Assembly (NCBI GenBank): GCA_964270895.1
Contig: OZ185437.1
Source: Podarcis filfolensis
Lineage: Eukaryota
Length of the DNA stretch: 64,000 bases
Reading direction: 5' to 3' (one strand)
The notes below the pieces were generated by a model, which worked only from the letters and a program-made list of their open reading frames with translations, made no database searches and had not been told where the DNA came from. This document shows, piece after piece, positions 38,799 through 50,970 of the stretch. Made by a program: the position numbers and the translations under genes. The stretch's first letter is position 1; the number at the start of each line of letters is the position of its first letter.

Positions 38799-38955
38799 NN
38801 NNNNNNNNNNNNNNNNNNNNNNNNNNNNNNNNNNNNNNNNNNNNNNNNNNNNNNNNNNNNNNNNNNNNNNNNNNNNNNNNNNNNNNNNNNNNNNNNNNNN
38901 NNNNNNNNNNNNNNNNNNNNNNNNNNNNNNNNNNNNNNNNNNNNNNNNNNNNNNN
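38799..38955. other. Assembly gap (157 N)
   Basis: Run of n; intronic in COQ8A, and no coding exon is missing across it. Confidence 1.
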
Positions 38956-39268
38956 AGTAGTTACTTCAGATCCCACCATTGTAGTAACTTTGGTGGTAGC
39001 CACATCACATATGGATCATCTACACACACACACAAACACTCTCTTCTGCTAATACCACTTTTCCATTTTCTCTTGGTCACAACATAATGTTCAGCTACAC
39101 ACTTCTGTCATCTGGATTTGTCAGGCTGCTGGCCTGAGTTGGGAGAATTCTAAACATCAGCCAAAAATAATGAGCACATGCTTGAGTCCAAATAGTTTCC
39201 AGAAGGGAGCCATGTTTGTGGTGGTTGTTTGCTGCAACAGACTTAGAGCCTTGTGTCACTTTAAAGTA

Positions 39269-39480
39269 TAGTCAAACCTTGGTGGTTGAATGTAATCCGT
39301 ACCATTTGACTTCCAAAACGTTCGACAACTGAGGCACATCTTCCAATTGTTGCAAGAGCTTCTTGCACTCAAGCAGAAGCCACGTCGGACGTTTGAGTTC
39401 CAAAAAATGTTAAAAAACTAGAGCATTTCAGGAGCTGAAATGTTCAAAAATGGAGCTATTTGAGAACCAAGGTTTGACTG
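39269..39480. mobile_element. Tc1/mariner (Tigger/pogo-like) MITE, 212 bp
   Basis: TIRs (t)agtcaaaccttggt / accaaggtttgactg, flanked by TA at 39267-39268 and 39481-39482. Confidence 0.82.
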
Positions 39481-40492
39481 TAGAAGCTTTTGTGGCTAAC
39501 ACTTCATACATCTGATGAAACAGACTCTAGGCCCTGAGAGTTTACTTTAAAGGGTACGGCTCTTTCTCACTTTTGCCCAAAATGAATACCACGGTATTGA
39601 TTTATTAGCAGTTTTAACGCAATATACACTTCATAATATGCAACTACAAATAAAGATTACAGGGAAGTTAGAAACAAGAACAGTATGTGGGATTCGGGCT
39701 TTTTGATGCAACAGCATTTATATGTGTACTGATGGTTCTCACCTGGTGGAAGATGAAAGGGATAAAGGGCAGAGAATAAGACGTTCTTAAAAACACAACT
39801 CAAAAACCTTGGAGGTAAAGAAATGCTACAATTGCAAAAGGTATGTTAACAAATTAGAAAGGTGGCCGTTTTTTCTAGCAACAGTGTTGGTGGTTGTTAA
39901 CACTTAAGACAGACTGTACCTTTCCTTGGGAGAGGGGGATTAAAATATTGACAATACAGGAATACCTTTTAGGGGAGCAAGCAACATGTCACAAAATAGT
40001 AAGCAAGCTTTCATGCTCTTCAGAATCCTTCACATGGCGGATGTTAAACAAAACAGGCAGGGGGAGAAAGCTAGCAAGTTTTTAAAGTCACAATGTCTAC
40101 ATTTGCAATAATCTAGCATGGAATCCTGGGGGGGGGGGGGATTTGCAGCCTTAATGGGTACTCTGTTGGGTACTAACTGGTTTCATGTTGCACCAAGGCT
40201 GCTGAGGACATTATGGCAAATATCTCCTATGATTATTTTACAAAATATAAACTTGAGCAGTTACTTCAAAAGGCACTTTCCCTCTGTACAAAATTCCAAA
40301 AAAAAAAAAAGGCACTGTTGTGCTGGGTTATTAAACAGAAACTGTATTACTGCCTCTTCTGCTTCCTGGCTCTGAAATACCTACAAAACTGAACAAAATC
40401 TGGAAAAGAGTCAGGAAACTCCCAAAAGGGAAAAATGGTTGGGAGAGTCAAAAATTCACCCGAGAGATGAGAGATCAAAGGGGGAGGATTCA

Positions 40493-40741
<249 letters not shown>

Positions 40742-41029
40742 TCAGGTGGTAGAGAAGTATCAATCACTGTGCAGCGTTCCTCAGTATAAGGAAGGTAAAA
40801 GCAGACAACCTGGTGCCATCCAGAGATTTTGGACTACAATTCATCTCAAAACGCTTTGTTCAAATGTGCTCTCACACGTTTTACCTCCCTGCCTCTGCAA
40901 AGCTAGGGTGCCAAGAAGACGAGCTGAGAAGCCTTTGTCTGGAAGGTGCTGCTTGCCACAGACGCAAGGAAATCTTAATGAGTGAACACATTCACACACA
41001 CTTTGTGCATAGGGCTGCCCCTGAAGACA

Positions 41030-41580
41030 GTCAGGAAACTTGAAACTTGTGCAAAATTTGGTGGCCGGGGCAAGACAGTTTGAGAATATTACACCTGGTC
41101 TGATTGCACTGGCTACCAATTAGTTTCTGGGCCCAATTCAAAGTGCTGTTTTTGACCTATAAAGCCTTAAAACGGCTCAGGACTGCAATACCTGAAGGAC
41201 CGCCTCTCCGCATACAAACCGATCAGGTCCCTGCGATCATTACCTGAGGCCCTTCTTCGTGTGCCTCTCCTCCACGAGAGGTCCAGAGGGTGGCAACACA
41301 GGAACAGGGCTCCCCATTTGTGGAACACTCTCCCCAGGAAGGTTCGCTTGGTACCCTCATTATATACCTTTAGGCGCCAGGCCTCTTCAAACAGGCCTTT
41401 AGCTGATTAACATCCAACACTCTTTTAAATGTGCGGGCGGGGCGGGGGGGGGGAAGAGATTGGGTTGTTTTTGTTCTTTATTTTTATTATGTATTCATAT
41501 TGTATTTTTATATTGTGAACCACCCTGAGATCTAGGATGAAGGGTGGCAGATAAATTTAATAAACAATAACAATAACAAT
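41030..41580 (+). mobile_element. L2-clade LINE 3' fragment
   Basis: gcactggctaccaattag...caattcaaagtgctg...cctataaagcc motif typical of L2 3' ends; ends in (AACAAT)n-like tail. Confidence 0.75.
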
Positions 41581-41589
41581 TCTCCTTCT

Positions 41590-42265
41590 GCATCTTTTTT
41601 GTTGTTGTTAATAATTAAATAATCTTTATTAATTTAAATTACACACATATACAAAGAATTTTACAATCTCATACTACAAAAAGAAAACTAAAGAAAAAAC
41701 AATTAAGAAGAAAAGAAAATACAATAAAAAGAAAGAAAAATCAGATTTACGTGCATAAAAAAACCTTAATCTTCCTAATTAATACTTAAATAAACACGTA
41801 AATAAAAAAGACTTCTGACAAAACGAGTCTTCTAATCATTCTCATTGTACTGTTTATACTGTCGTCGGTTTTCCCCGCACAATTTTATATTCTTTAATAT
41901 TGTTCCCGTCTACTCCACAAATGGTATTTGTTGTGTTTACAAGTATCACTCAAGTTCTACTAATATGGTGTGGTTGGTACAATATGATCTTATATAATCC
42001 TTAAATATTCTCCATTCTCCAAATATTTTCTGGTTCAATACTCCTTTAACTCTTCCTGTCACTTTTGCTAGTTGTAAATATTCTAATATGAGTATCTGCC
42101 AATCCTGTGATTGTCGGTATTGTTTCGTTTTTCCACTTCCTCACCACAAGAATTCTTGCTGCTGTGGTGACATACATGAACAGTATCTCCTTCTGCATCC
42201 TGAGACAGTATAATCCCAAGAAACCCCACCCTTTTAATGAAGTTTGAAGCAAAAACATGAAGGCT
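41590..42265 (-). mobile_element. L1/Tx1-like LINE 3' fragment
   Basis: Minus-strand ORF 42046..42258 contains TTAARILVVRKWKNETIPT, resembling the L1/Tx1 ORF2 C-terminal motif, followed by a T/A-rich 3'UTR. Confidence 0.6.
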
Positions 42266-43493
42266 TCACAGGGCAGGGATTTCTATTTGCTGGGCCATGG
42301 ACTCCTAACCTATTTGTTCCTGAAATACTGAAACTCATTGGAGGCTCTGAGCAGGTACTGCTGCAACAAATCTGTTTACTGACCTTGAAGCACAACTCAA
42401 CTCTCCTCTCCTGACAGAAGAGGGCATGTAGAGACTGGATTTCATTTCACGGCCCTGGAAGGACTGTCCTTCCCAACAGCCATCTGGGATCACCTCTAAT
42501 TTTTCCTCTGCTGCCGTAAGTACAGCTTTGAAGGTTAGCAGCGACCAACAGAGCTATTTTTACTTGGCTTGCTTGACAGACACAGTGAATCTCATCCAGA
42601 ATGCACAATGGACATAAACTTTTGCACACCTTTTTTTTTTCTCTTTCCAGGATAGCTTGAATGGGAACAGCCAAAGACAAGTTGGCTGGTGGGTCCAAGG
42701 TCTCTCATGCCTTGGGAAATAAGCTCACGGCACTTTAACTCTTCTCTGAAAGGGGTTATTTGGGTATTGTGAGGTGGGGGCCTTTACCCCATAATTTTAG
42801 CAGCAGCTCTTAACAGCCAAACTCTACCAACAAAATCATACTGTTGCTCCTCTTCGGAAGAGAACAACAGCAAAAAAGTGAGCCGTGATGCTTCATTTGA
42901 AAAGTCTTTTTGGAATGAATGACAAGATGGGCAGGTGGAGACAAGAGGCAGCCATAGGATACATCTTCTGACTTCATCAGAAAAACAAACTTGACCTGGA
43001 ATCGCAGAGGTAAACTCAAAGAGGAAACCTACAGAACTTACTGCTATTATTTTTGATTGATATTGCCATTTCCTGATGTTCCATATTGATTTCACTATTA
43101 AGTGGAAGGACATCTTCAGGAACACAGCAAATGCCAGATCAAAACTTGCACTCACTAGCTGGAGACCACCTGCTACCAAACGAGCCATCCCTTTCGTGCC
43201 CACTCCCTATTCTTAACAGTTGTTCCATGCAACATTACCCAAAATGTGTAAATCCCACACCTACTAGGTGTGTTAAGGATCGCAGTCTAAGATATCTGAA
43301 ACGTTCTCTGATGCCTCTCCAACCTTTACTGGAAGAGGTCCATTGGGAGAGCATTTGCAAAGCCTACCTTGTATCAGCCTAAACCGTGTTATAGGATTGC
43401 AAAGGTTGTCTTCTGAGTGTTGAGCCTAAATCTCCTGTCCTGCTTTACTGCCCCTGTTTTCCTCACCAGCTGTGAACAATTGATGTTTATGAA

Positions 43494-43725
43494 AGCCAGT
43501 GTGATGTAGTGGTTAAGAGTGGTAGACTCGTAATCTGGTGAACCAGGTTTGATTCCCCGCTCCTCCACATGCAGCTGCTGGGTGACCTTGGAAGTCTCTC
43601 AGCCCCACTCACCTCACAGAGTGTTTGTTGTGGGGGAGTAAGGGAAAGGATAATGTTAGCCGTTTTGAGACTCCTTTGTGTAGTGATAAAGCGGGATATC
43701 AAATCCAAACTCCTCTTCTCTTCTA
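43494..43725 (+). mobile_element. tRNA-derived SINE (Squam-type), near full length
   Basis: A-box-like gtgatgtagtggttaag, B-box-like ggtttgattccc, body gggtgaccttgg..agtc..tctcagcc..cctcacag, (CTT/CTC) tail. Confidence 0.75.
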
Positions 43726-46700
43726 TCTCCTTTCCAGAACGATTCTAAAGGCTGATTTCCCTGTTATCCTCTGAATGAGAGGCAGCACGATTTAAAATTC
43801 ACCCCTTCTGGTCTTCTACTCCAGGCAGCCAAACAGGCAGTATCCTTCACGTCTCTGCCTCACCCTTTTTTTACCCCTTTCCTCCTAGCTTCTCCCTGGA
43901 AAGAGGGGGTTTGCTTGAGAGCTGCAGAATTGACTAAAGTACCCAGACATCACTTTTAAAACCAGCGATCTATCCTTTCCATACTAATGTAGAATGTAGA
44001 ATCATCTTTTTAGTTATAACAAGAGATGTGGGGAAGCAAGTGGCCTTCCATGTAGGACTCCCAGTTTCTATGACCACTAGGCCATGCTGGGTGAGGAGTC
44101 AGAGTCCAACAGAACTGAGAGGACTACAGGTTCCTCCACTGCTAATCTACAGGTGGTCAGGAAAAAGGTCTCATGAGCTTGACCACTACACACACATTTC
44201 TACTTTTCTTCCTTAAACACACCAGCAAATTAACAGAAAAAGCCCTTAATAGGTCAATGTCTCCTTAAACCAAATCCCATAAAAATAGCTGCTCCCACCT
44301 CACCTTGCTGTTTTTGCCAGCAACAGCAAGTTCTACACCCTTTCATAGTATGGCTGAGCTTGCATGCAGGTCAGGGAGTGCCCGATTATACAAGGTACCT
44401 CTGGCAAACAGAAAAATGTAAACAGAACTGTTACACAATCTTTCTTTGAGAACAAGTTCTCTCCAATATGAGGAGCAAGAGTTGCAAGGGAATGCCTTCA
44501 GAGCCATTCAGGGTGATCTGCCACCATGCTTTTTCGGATATACATTTTGAACCTGTGCACAGATTCTGCTATTGTACAGCCTGATAGTTCTGCAAGAAAT
44601 TCAGACGTTTCTGCAGGAGATTTAAGGTCGACCACAGGTGACTTTAAACTCTTGTTCTACATGCCCCAGTTTTGCTCTGTGCACAGCGGGGAGTCCCATT
44701 CAGGGGAGTATATATGCACTGAGACACTTTCACATACTACACAAGCAGAATGGGGTAACACACATTTGTGAACCTGTCTGATGGGAACAGTGAAAGCTTT
44801 GCTGTCAGGAAACAGGAGCCAACATACTGGAAAGGTTGCAACTGAGATGCTAAAGTTTAGGGCATCAAGAGAGATCAGATAAATTCCATCTGCACTCTCA
44901 GGAAGGAACTAACAGTTTCTCCAAATATAATATGCACCTCTAAGAAAATGCTACTATAATTACGGGAGGAACATTATGCAGGGACAGGTTATCACAGATT
45001 GAGCAAGACTAAGGTAAGAGGGTTTAGTGACAGAGCTCACACTTCACATACCAAACACAGGAAAGCTGCATGACCATTGCTCTCTCTGGTTCTGTATTGT
45101 CTACGCTGGCCAGCAGTGACTCTCCTGGAAATGCCAGGGATTGCATGCAAAGCAGATGCTCCACCACTTCCATGCCCCTTCCCAAAACTTTCATGTTCAA
45201 CCCCAGCAGCTCAGGTTATAAGGACCCCAATGCTAAGACAGAGAAATCTCTGCTTGAGACCTTGGAGAGCCTATCAGAGAAGACAGCAAGTCATGTGTAG
45301 TTGTCAGGTAATGTAAGAAGCACAAGAATAGCCTGCTAGATCAGGTCAATGACCCAGACAGTCCAGCATCCTGTTCTTACAGGCGTAACATTCAGTTATC
45401 AGGGCTGAAACTGGCAATGGGCAGACACGCTCCTCTCTCTCTCTCTGCCATCTGCCAAGCTAAAGGGCATATCACCAAGAGCTTTTGCAATTAGGTGAAG
45501 GGCCGCATAAAATCAGGCTAAGAGTCACCCCTGCCTATGCTGGGGGTGGGCACACATAAGGAAGGATCGGTGTTCGCATATGTCAATGGGTCAGATGCTC
45601 AGTGGAAAGGCAGCCCCTTGCAACGTTATTGAGCACGAGGCTGGCTTCATGGCCAATTGCACTGCCAACCAGAGATCTTGACCTTTCAGTAATATAGCCC
45701 TGTTACAGAGGAAAAATGGACCCTTGGTGGAGTCACAGTTAGGTATGGCACTAAAGGCCACTACTCCCAGGTTACTTTTCCCGATGCACATTTTTAACAT
45801 GTAGCAAACCGGTGGGGAAGAAAGAGAAGCCAAATATACCAGGCATCCAGTGAATCAGATTTGTCAGACTTACACCTTGACCATTCACCAACGTTGGGCA
45901 GCTTGCTCTTATAATATTTTGAAGAGTGGGGAATTAAGGTGGGAAACATTTTACCTAACAACAATAACAACACAAAGGAAGAGCAGAAGGTCTGGCTTAT
46001 GGCAGCAAGATGTAGATAGATAGATAATTTATTACGGTCAAAGACCAGCTCGCATAACACAATAAAAACAGCGTTCATAAAGATAAAATATACAATCAGA
46101 GCAGATTGCAGCAGGCAGCAAGATGTAAATTTGGCACAGTCCTCCTCTTCCCAAACTAATCCAAGTGCATCCATTTTGGTTTTAAGAGGTATGAGCACCT
46201 TGGGCAGGATGGAAGTCCAGCCCTCTCTCCGCAGCCCTGGCTGACCCCTCCTGAGTTTGTGAACTTGCATCAGGCAAGATCAGATGCAAGTACAGAAATG
46301 ACTTCATTGCTGTTGCTGTGCAATAACACTTTACTCCTTATCGCAGATATATTCTGTATAACCTTCACTTCAGTGACTTGTCGTTAGCCAATGCCAAGAC
46401 AAGCAAGAGATCTATTTATGGTAAAACAAGGACTAGAACCATTATTATTATTATTATTTAATCATCTGAAAGGATAGAACCAGAAAGGCAAACTTCAAGT
46501 TCAAGGATTGCTGAAAAACAGGACAGGCAGCCATGAAGTCATTCATTTTCCTGAGCAAATAGACAACGGGCTTCTGTGTTGATCAGGGTCAGTAGAGAGG
46601 AGGACTCTTTGAAGGGGTGGACAAGCTCACCCTTCTCCACAGTTTAGCTTTCTCCTGTCCTGCTTTAGGGGCAAGAGGAAGGGGATTTGCTTTCCTTAAA

Positions 46701-46956
46701 TGCACTGAATCACCACTACTCCTTGAAGTATTTATTCAAAGAGGAAAACAATTGAAGGTTGCTGCGTAGGTTCAGGGGGAGAGCGGAATCTGGATGCAAA
46801 AACACTGTAATACTTTTATTAGTAACTACCCTAGTGACTATAGTGGTATGCTGCCCTTCCTTTAGTTGTGATTCTGTGCACTTGTAGAGCAAATTGTGTT
46901 TGGGGACAAGGACATGACCGGATGCTTGTATTAGCAGTAAGCAAAGGAACACTCAC

Positions 46957-47031
46957 CATTCTGCTCTTCGGATCTAAGGCTCTTTTTCGCAACCTCTGCC
47001 AAGGCTCCGATGCCAAGACCAACAGCTAAGC
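46957..47031 (-). CDS. COQ8A: COQ8A coding exon 4 of 14, transmembrane helix ([25 protein letters not shown])
   Basis: 75 nt, acceptor ccattaaag, donor GTGAGT; phase 1/1; Gly-rich TM segment as in ADCK3. Not in the ORF track in this frame. Confidence 0.94.
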
Positions 47032-48564
47032 CTTTAATGGACAAAAAGGAAAAGGGGGGGAGAGAGACAAGAGAAAGTCAAAGGCAGCGGGATAAAATGC
47101 CATCTGTATGTGGTTACATATCTTTGTGGCTTAATGAGCAGAGGCAAAGTAGCTCTTTATTCAATACAGTTTAAACTTGACTACAGAGCACAAAGGGAAA
47201 GAATCCAGCACCGCTCAGTTTCAGAGGCATGCTGTGCCCACTTTCCCCAGGGCAGCAAAACCTCTGTCCAAAGGAAACATCTTCTGTTCAGAGAAAAGGG
47301 CTTTAGAAACCAAGAGTTAAGGGGGCAAGCAGGGACAGTAGTAGAGACTGCAAGTTGTCCATCCATGTGGTCAAGTTTAGTACTAGTCACACAGGGTCTT
47401 TGATCTGACACAGCAAAAATTAGGGAGGTCAGTAAACTCTCCTGGAGGCTGTGCCTAGACCTTTAATATCCCCACATGCTCGTTTAATGCAACTGTTATT
47501 TCCACAACTGAAATAAAAGATACCCCACTTCATCTGGCATCCTCAATGTTTCATCAGTCCCTTTGACCTTCCTCCACAATCTGTTTTACCCTTTACCTTA
47601 CTGTGGCCAGCAGGGCTCCAATTTGACCCCAGGGCAACTGGAGGAGGAGAGTGAGTGACATAGCTTATACCTCCCCAACAGCATATTTGCCCTGGTGTTG
47701 ATACCTTGGAGCATTTAATGGTATCTAGATGGAGGATCTGGCAACTCAAGTTCTTACATGATAAGTTCTCTCCAAAAATATTTAATAACAAGATGATTTG
47801 AATCCAGAGCAGTCAAATGCAGGACAGGGGAGGGAAAGTTGCACAGGCTGGAACTGGAATGGAAAACCTCAATTTGCAAGTGCAATTAATGCAATAGCAC
47901 CTTGGCATGATGGCTGTGGAAGATAAGCACCATTCTGCCACACATGCAGACACGCACATACATGCATGCAATATTTGCACAAAATAACACAGGGAACACC
48001 CAGCTAAGCTCTGTTCAGCATCAACAACTATGAAACACTAACTGTTTGTTCCATATCCAACCTAGCTCATAATTGCTTAGAGAATGAGATTTTGGAATCT
48101 GCAGAGGTGAAATCTGAAGAGAATCTCTATATTCTTGCCTTGAGTGCGGATGTGTCGAATGAAATTAGGTGCTATTTCAGCAATCCTCACTTGAGTAGCA
48201 GTTCACAGTGACATAATAACCCAAAGCTACAGGATTCATATCTCCATAACTAGGCTGGCAGATCATCTAACCACCTCTTCATCTGCAAGTACATCAGCAA
48301 GGAGCTACCACTAACATATATGTGTATATCCACACACCCCATGGGAGGAAAGAAAAGGCTGCAATTTTATGGAGTAGTTGGTAGAAGACTCATGGCAAAT
48401 CTGACTAGCTGAACAAAGACTGGAGCCCTTACTAGGTCTGCAGGGCGATGCAGAGGGATAAATCTTACTTCTCTACCTGAGTTGCATTCACTCAGTGATG
48501 CTCTCTCACATCCATGTCATTAGTTTCCTTCAAAGCCCTAACAGCTTAAGACCATGTTAGCTGG

Positions 48565-49270
48565 CAGTGATCTTCAGGCTTGAGGTGTTGTTGGACTACA
48601 AGTCCCATCTTCCTTGACCAGTGGCTAAGATGTCTCAGAACAATGGCGGCTGTAGTCCATCATCATCTAGGGCAGAGGTTTTCAACCTTTTTGAGTCCAC
48701 GGCTCCCTTGACCAACTACGTTCTTTCTGCAGCACCCCTGTGGGGCTCAGGAGCCTTTTTATGTCATCCCTTGCCTGGCAGCCTCTCACCCTTTTTGTGA
48801 ACACCCTCCCTTGTGGAGTGATTCCTCAGCCTCCTTTCCTCTCCCCTCTCCTTGGGAGTCCTCCAGGCAGCCACTGCTGCCACCCCTGGTCTCTGAGCTG
48901 TCCCCCCCCCCGCCCCAAAGGCAGGTATCTGGTCACACTGTCCATTCCCAACAGCAAGGGCTGGCGGACTGGCTGGGCTCCCTGGCCCGCTTGCTTGCAT
49001 GCTTACTCCAAGGCCGCTCCAGCTCCTGGCAACCAGCACACCCTGGCCAGCCCCATAGGCATCATTTGCCTGGGGGCTTGTAGCCAGGGCTGCTGCAACG
49101 AACAGCCATGCAAGCCTTTTGGAGGCAGAGATGCAAGAGGGCATCAGAGGAGGGAGGGAAGGAAAGAGAGTTGCCCGTGGCACCCCTGACCATCATTCAA
49201 GGCACCCCAGGGGGCCACGGCACACTGGGTGAAAAGCACTGATCTAGGGACCCAAGACTGAAGAATGCTG
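48565..49270. mobile_element. Older ggactaca-type MITE split by the 569-bp hAT insertion
   Basis: cagtgatcttcag...ggactacaagtcccatc...tgtagtcc on the left and ...ctgaagaatgctg on the right; same family core as 30247-30382. Confidence 0.6.
48673..49241. mobile_element. Non-autonomous hAT element, 569 bp, perfect 8-bp TSD, nested in an older MITE
   Basis: Imperfect TIRs cagaggttttcaacc / gggtgaaaagcactg; ATCTAGGG at 48665-48672 and 49242-49249. Confidence 0.88.
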
Positions 49271-50341
49271 GCTTAAGGATGAGTTGCTCCCATACAGGTC
49301 AATCATGAAATGAAGATCAATGCCAGAAGTCTTTGTTCTAGGAGTCATGTCAAAAAAAATTAAGCAAGTGAGCATGAGATATGGGGCCATCTCTGTGGCA
49401 GTGCCATGATTGTTGCATGCCCTCCCAATTGAAAAACATGTTTATTTCAGCCTTTTTATTGTTGCAGATTTCAATATCTAGCATCTTTTACTCTTTGTGC
49501 TTCTTGCTTTGGGTACTCTGTTACGGCTTTTAGAACTGGCTGTACCTGCTTTTTTATTAATTAGAATTTATGCTACATGCCACACTGGGAACTTTTAGTA
49601 GAAGAGTGGGATATATTTTATTAAATAAGAAAGTAATTATATAACTATAATGCAAAACAACCTATTGTTATGCCAGCAGTTTAAATGAGCCAAGAACTTG
49701 ACATTTACATGCGCTTCGATTTGACTTATCCAGCTTCAACACCTCTTCTTCCCCACTGGATAATGTTTAGACGTGTACAATATGTACTTTCCCTTGTACT
49801 GCACAGCTCCACCTTAATTATCACATAAACTCACCTCCCTCCCCAGAACCACAGCAGCCGAAGATAGGCGCATGTCATAAACAACTCCAAATGGTTGGCT
49901 TTTTAAATATTAACCAGGAGGTATATCTTGCTTCACTGTTTTAGAACTGTTTACATTATCAATTTATTTTGATAAGGCCATTCTCCTTCAAGGGAGGCAT
50001 TCGCCTTAGTGTTTGCAAACAGACTGCATTGTAAAGCCAGGTTGGTGGTGCTGCTCTTTGAAACATTGTAGGGGTATTTTCAAGCCTGCAGAGTTTTTTG
50101 TACATTTGACAGTCACCTAAGTAAGAATTGAATTCTTGCACCACATGCTCCAACTCACGATTCTTAATCTACTTTTTTTGGGGGGGGGGTTCCTGTTTTT
50201 AAGGAATTATATGCCATTATAGGAACCTTTCTTTTGGGTGGTGCAGTTGGACCACGACAACAGGTCAAACAGCAGGATTCTCACCTGCTGATTTACACCG
50301 GCACAAAGCCAGCTTGGCTACTTGACCACCCTGTGTTGAAG

Positions 50342-50643
50342 TAGGGTTACCAGATGTCCCCGGTTCCCAGGGACAGTCCCCAGATTTGCAAATCTGTCCC
50401 CAGGAAACATGGCAGCTGCAGCCTCAGCAGCCTGGAGCCAGCCTGTTACTCTGCACATTTATGTTTCACAGGGTGCGAAAGAAGGGCTTTGCACCTTTAT
50501 ACAATATGCATGTGTGCTTAAGCCCAGGGTCTTTTGCCTCACCATCCCCACTACTGACTACCTGTTGCTACGCAGCTTCAAAATAATTTTTTTTAAAAAA
50601 TTAAAGTGTCCCCAGATTCATTGAAAAAAATCTGGTAACCATA
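50342..50643. mobile_element. hAT (Blackjack-like TIR) non-autonomous element, ~302 bp
   Basis: TIRs TAGGGTTACCAGAT / ATCTGGTAACCATA; flanks tgttgaag (50334-50341) and tgttaaag (50644-50651), a 7/8 TSD match. Confidence 0.8.
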
Positions 50644-50675
50644 TGTTAAAGGCCCCTCACCAACTTCTTCACTGT

Positions 50676-50970
50676 AAAATCATAGAATTGTAGAGTTTGA
50701 AGGGACCCTGTGGGTCATCTAGTCCAACCCCCTGCAGTGCCAAATGCATCATAATTGATCGGAAGATAATACGGGGAATGCTATGCAAAATCAGTGCATA
50801 AAGTAAAAGCCTAATCTGGAAATGCAACAGCAACAGTTTTTTGTTTTTGTAAAAAAATGCTTCTTAGAATCACAGAATTGTAGAGTTGGAAGGGACCGAA
50901 AGGGTCATCTAGTCCAATTCCTGCATTGCATGGGGTTGGGCTACATGACCCTCGTGGTCCCTCCCAACTT
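50676..50970. mobile_element. Cluster of CR1 LINE 3'-end fragments (50676-50740 -, 50866-50930 -, 50930-50970 +); others at 34941-34982 + and 45310-45385 -
   Basis: atcatagaattgtagagttggaagggacc = reverse complement of the CR1 terminus ggtcccttccaactctacaattctatgatt. Confidence 0.7.

Noticed and set aside
38702-39052. ORFs spanning N runs (also 56897-57305)
   Set aside because: Artefacts of translating assembly gaps. All COQ8A coding exons are accounted for outside the gaps.
45794-46270. 158-aa minus-strand ORF with hydrophobic stretches in a COQ8A intron
   Set aside because: Low-complexity T-rich intronic translation with no family motif; the COQ8A frame is complete without it.
48740-49189. 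149-aa and 139-aa ORFs as a possible transposase
   Set aside because: They lie inside a 569-bp non-autonomous hAT element, far too short for a transposase, with no DDE-type similarity.
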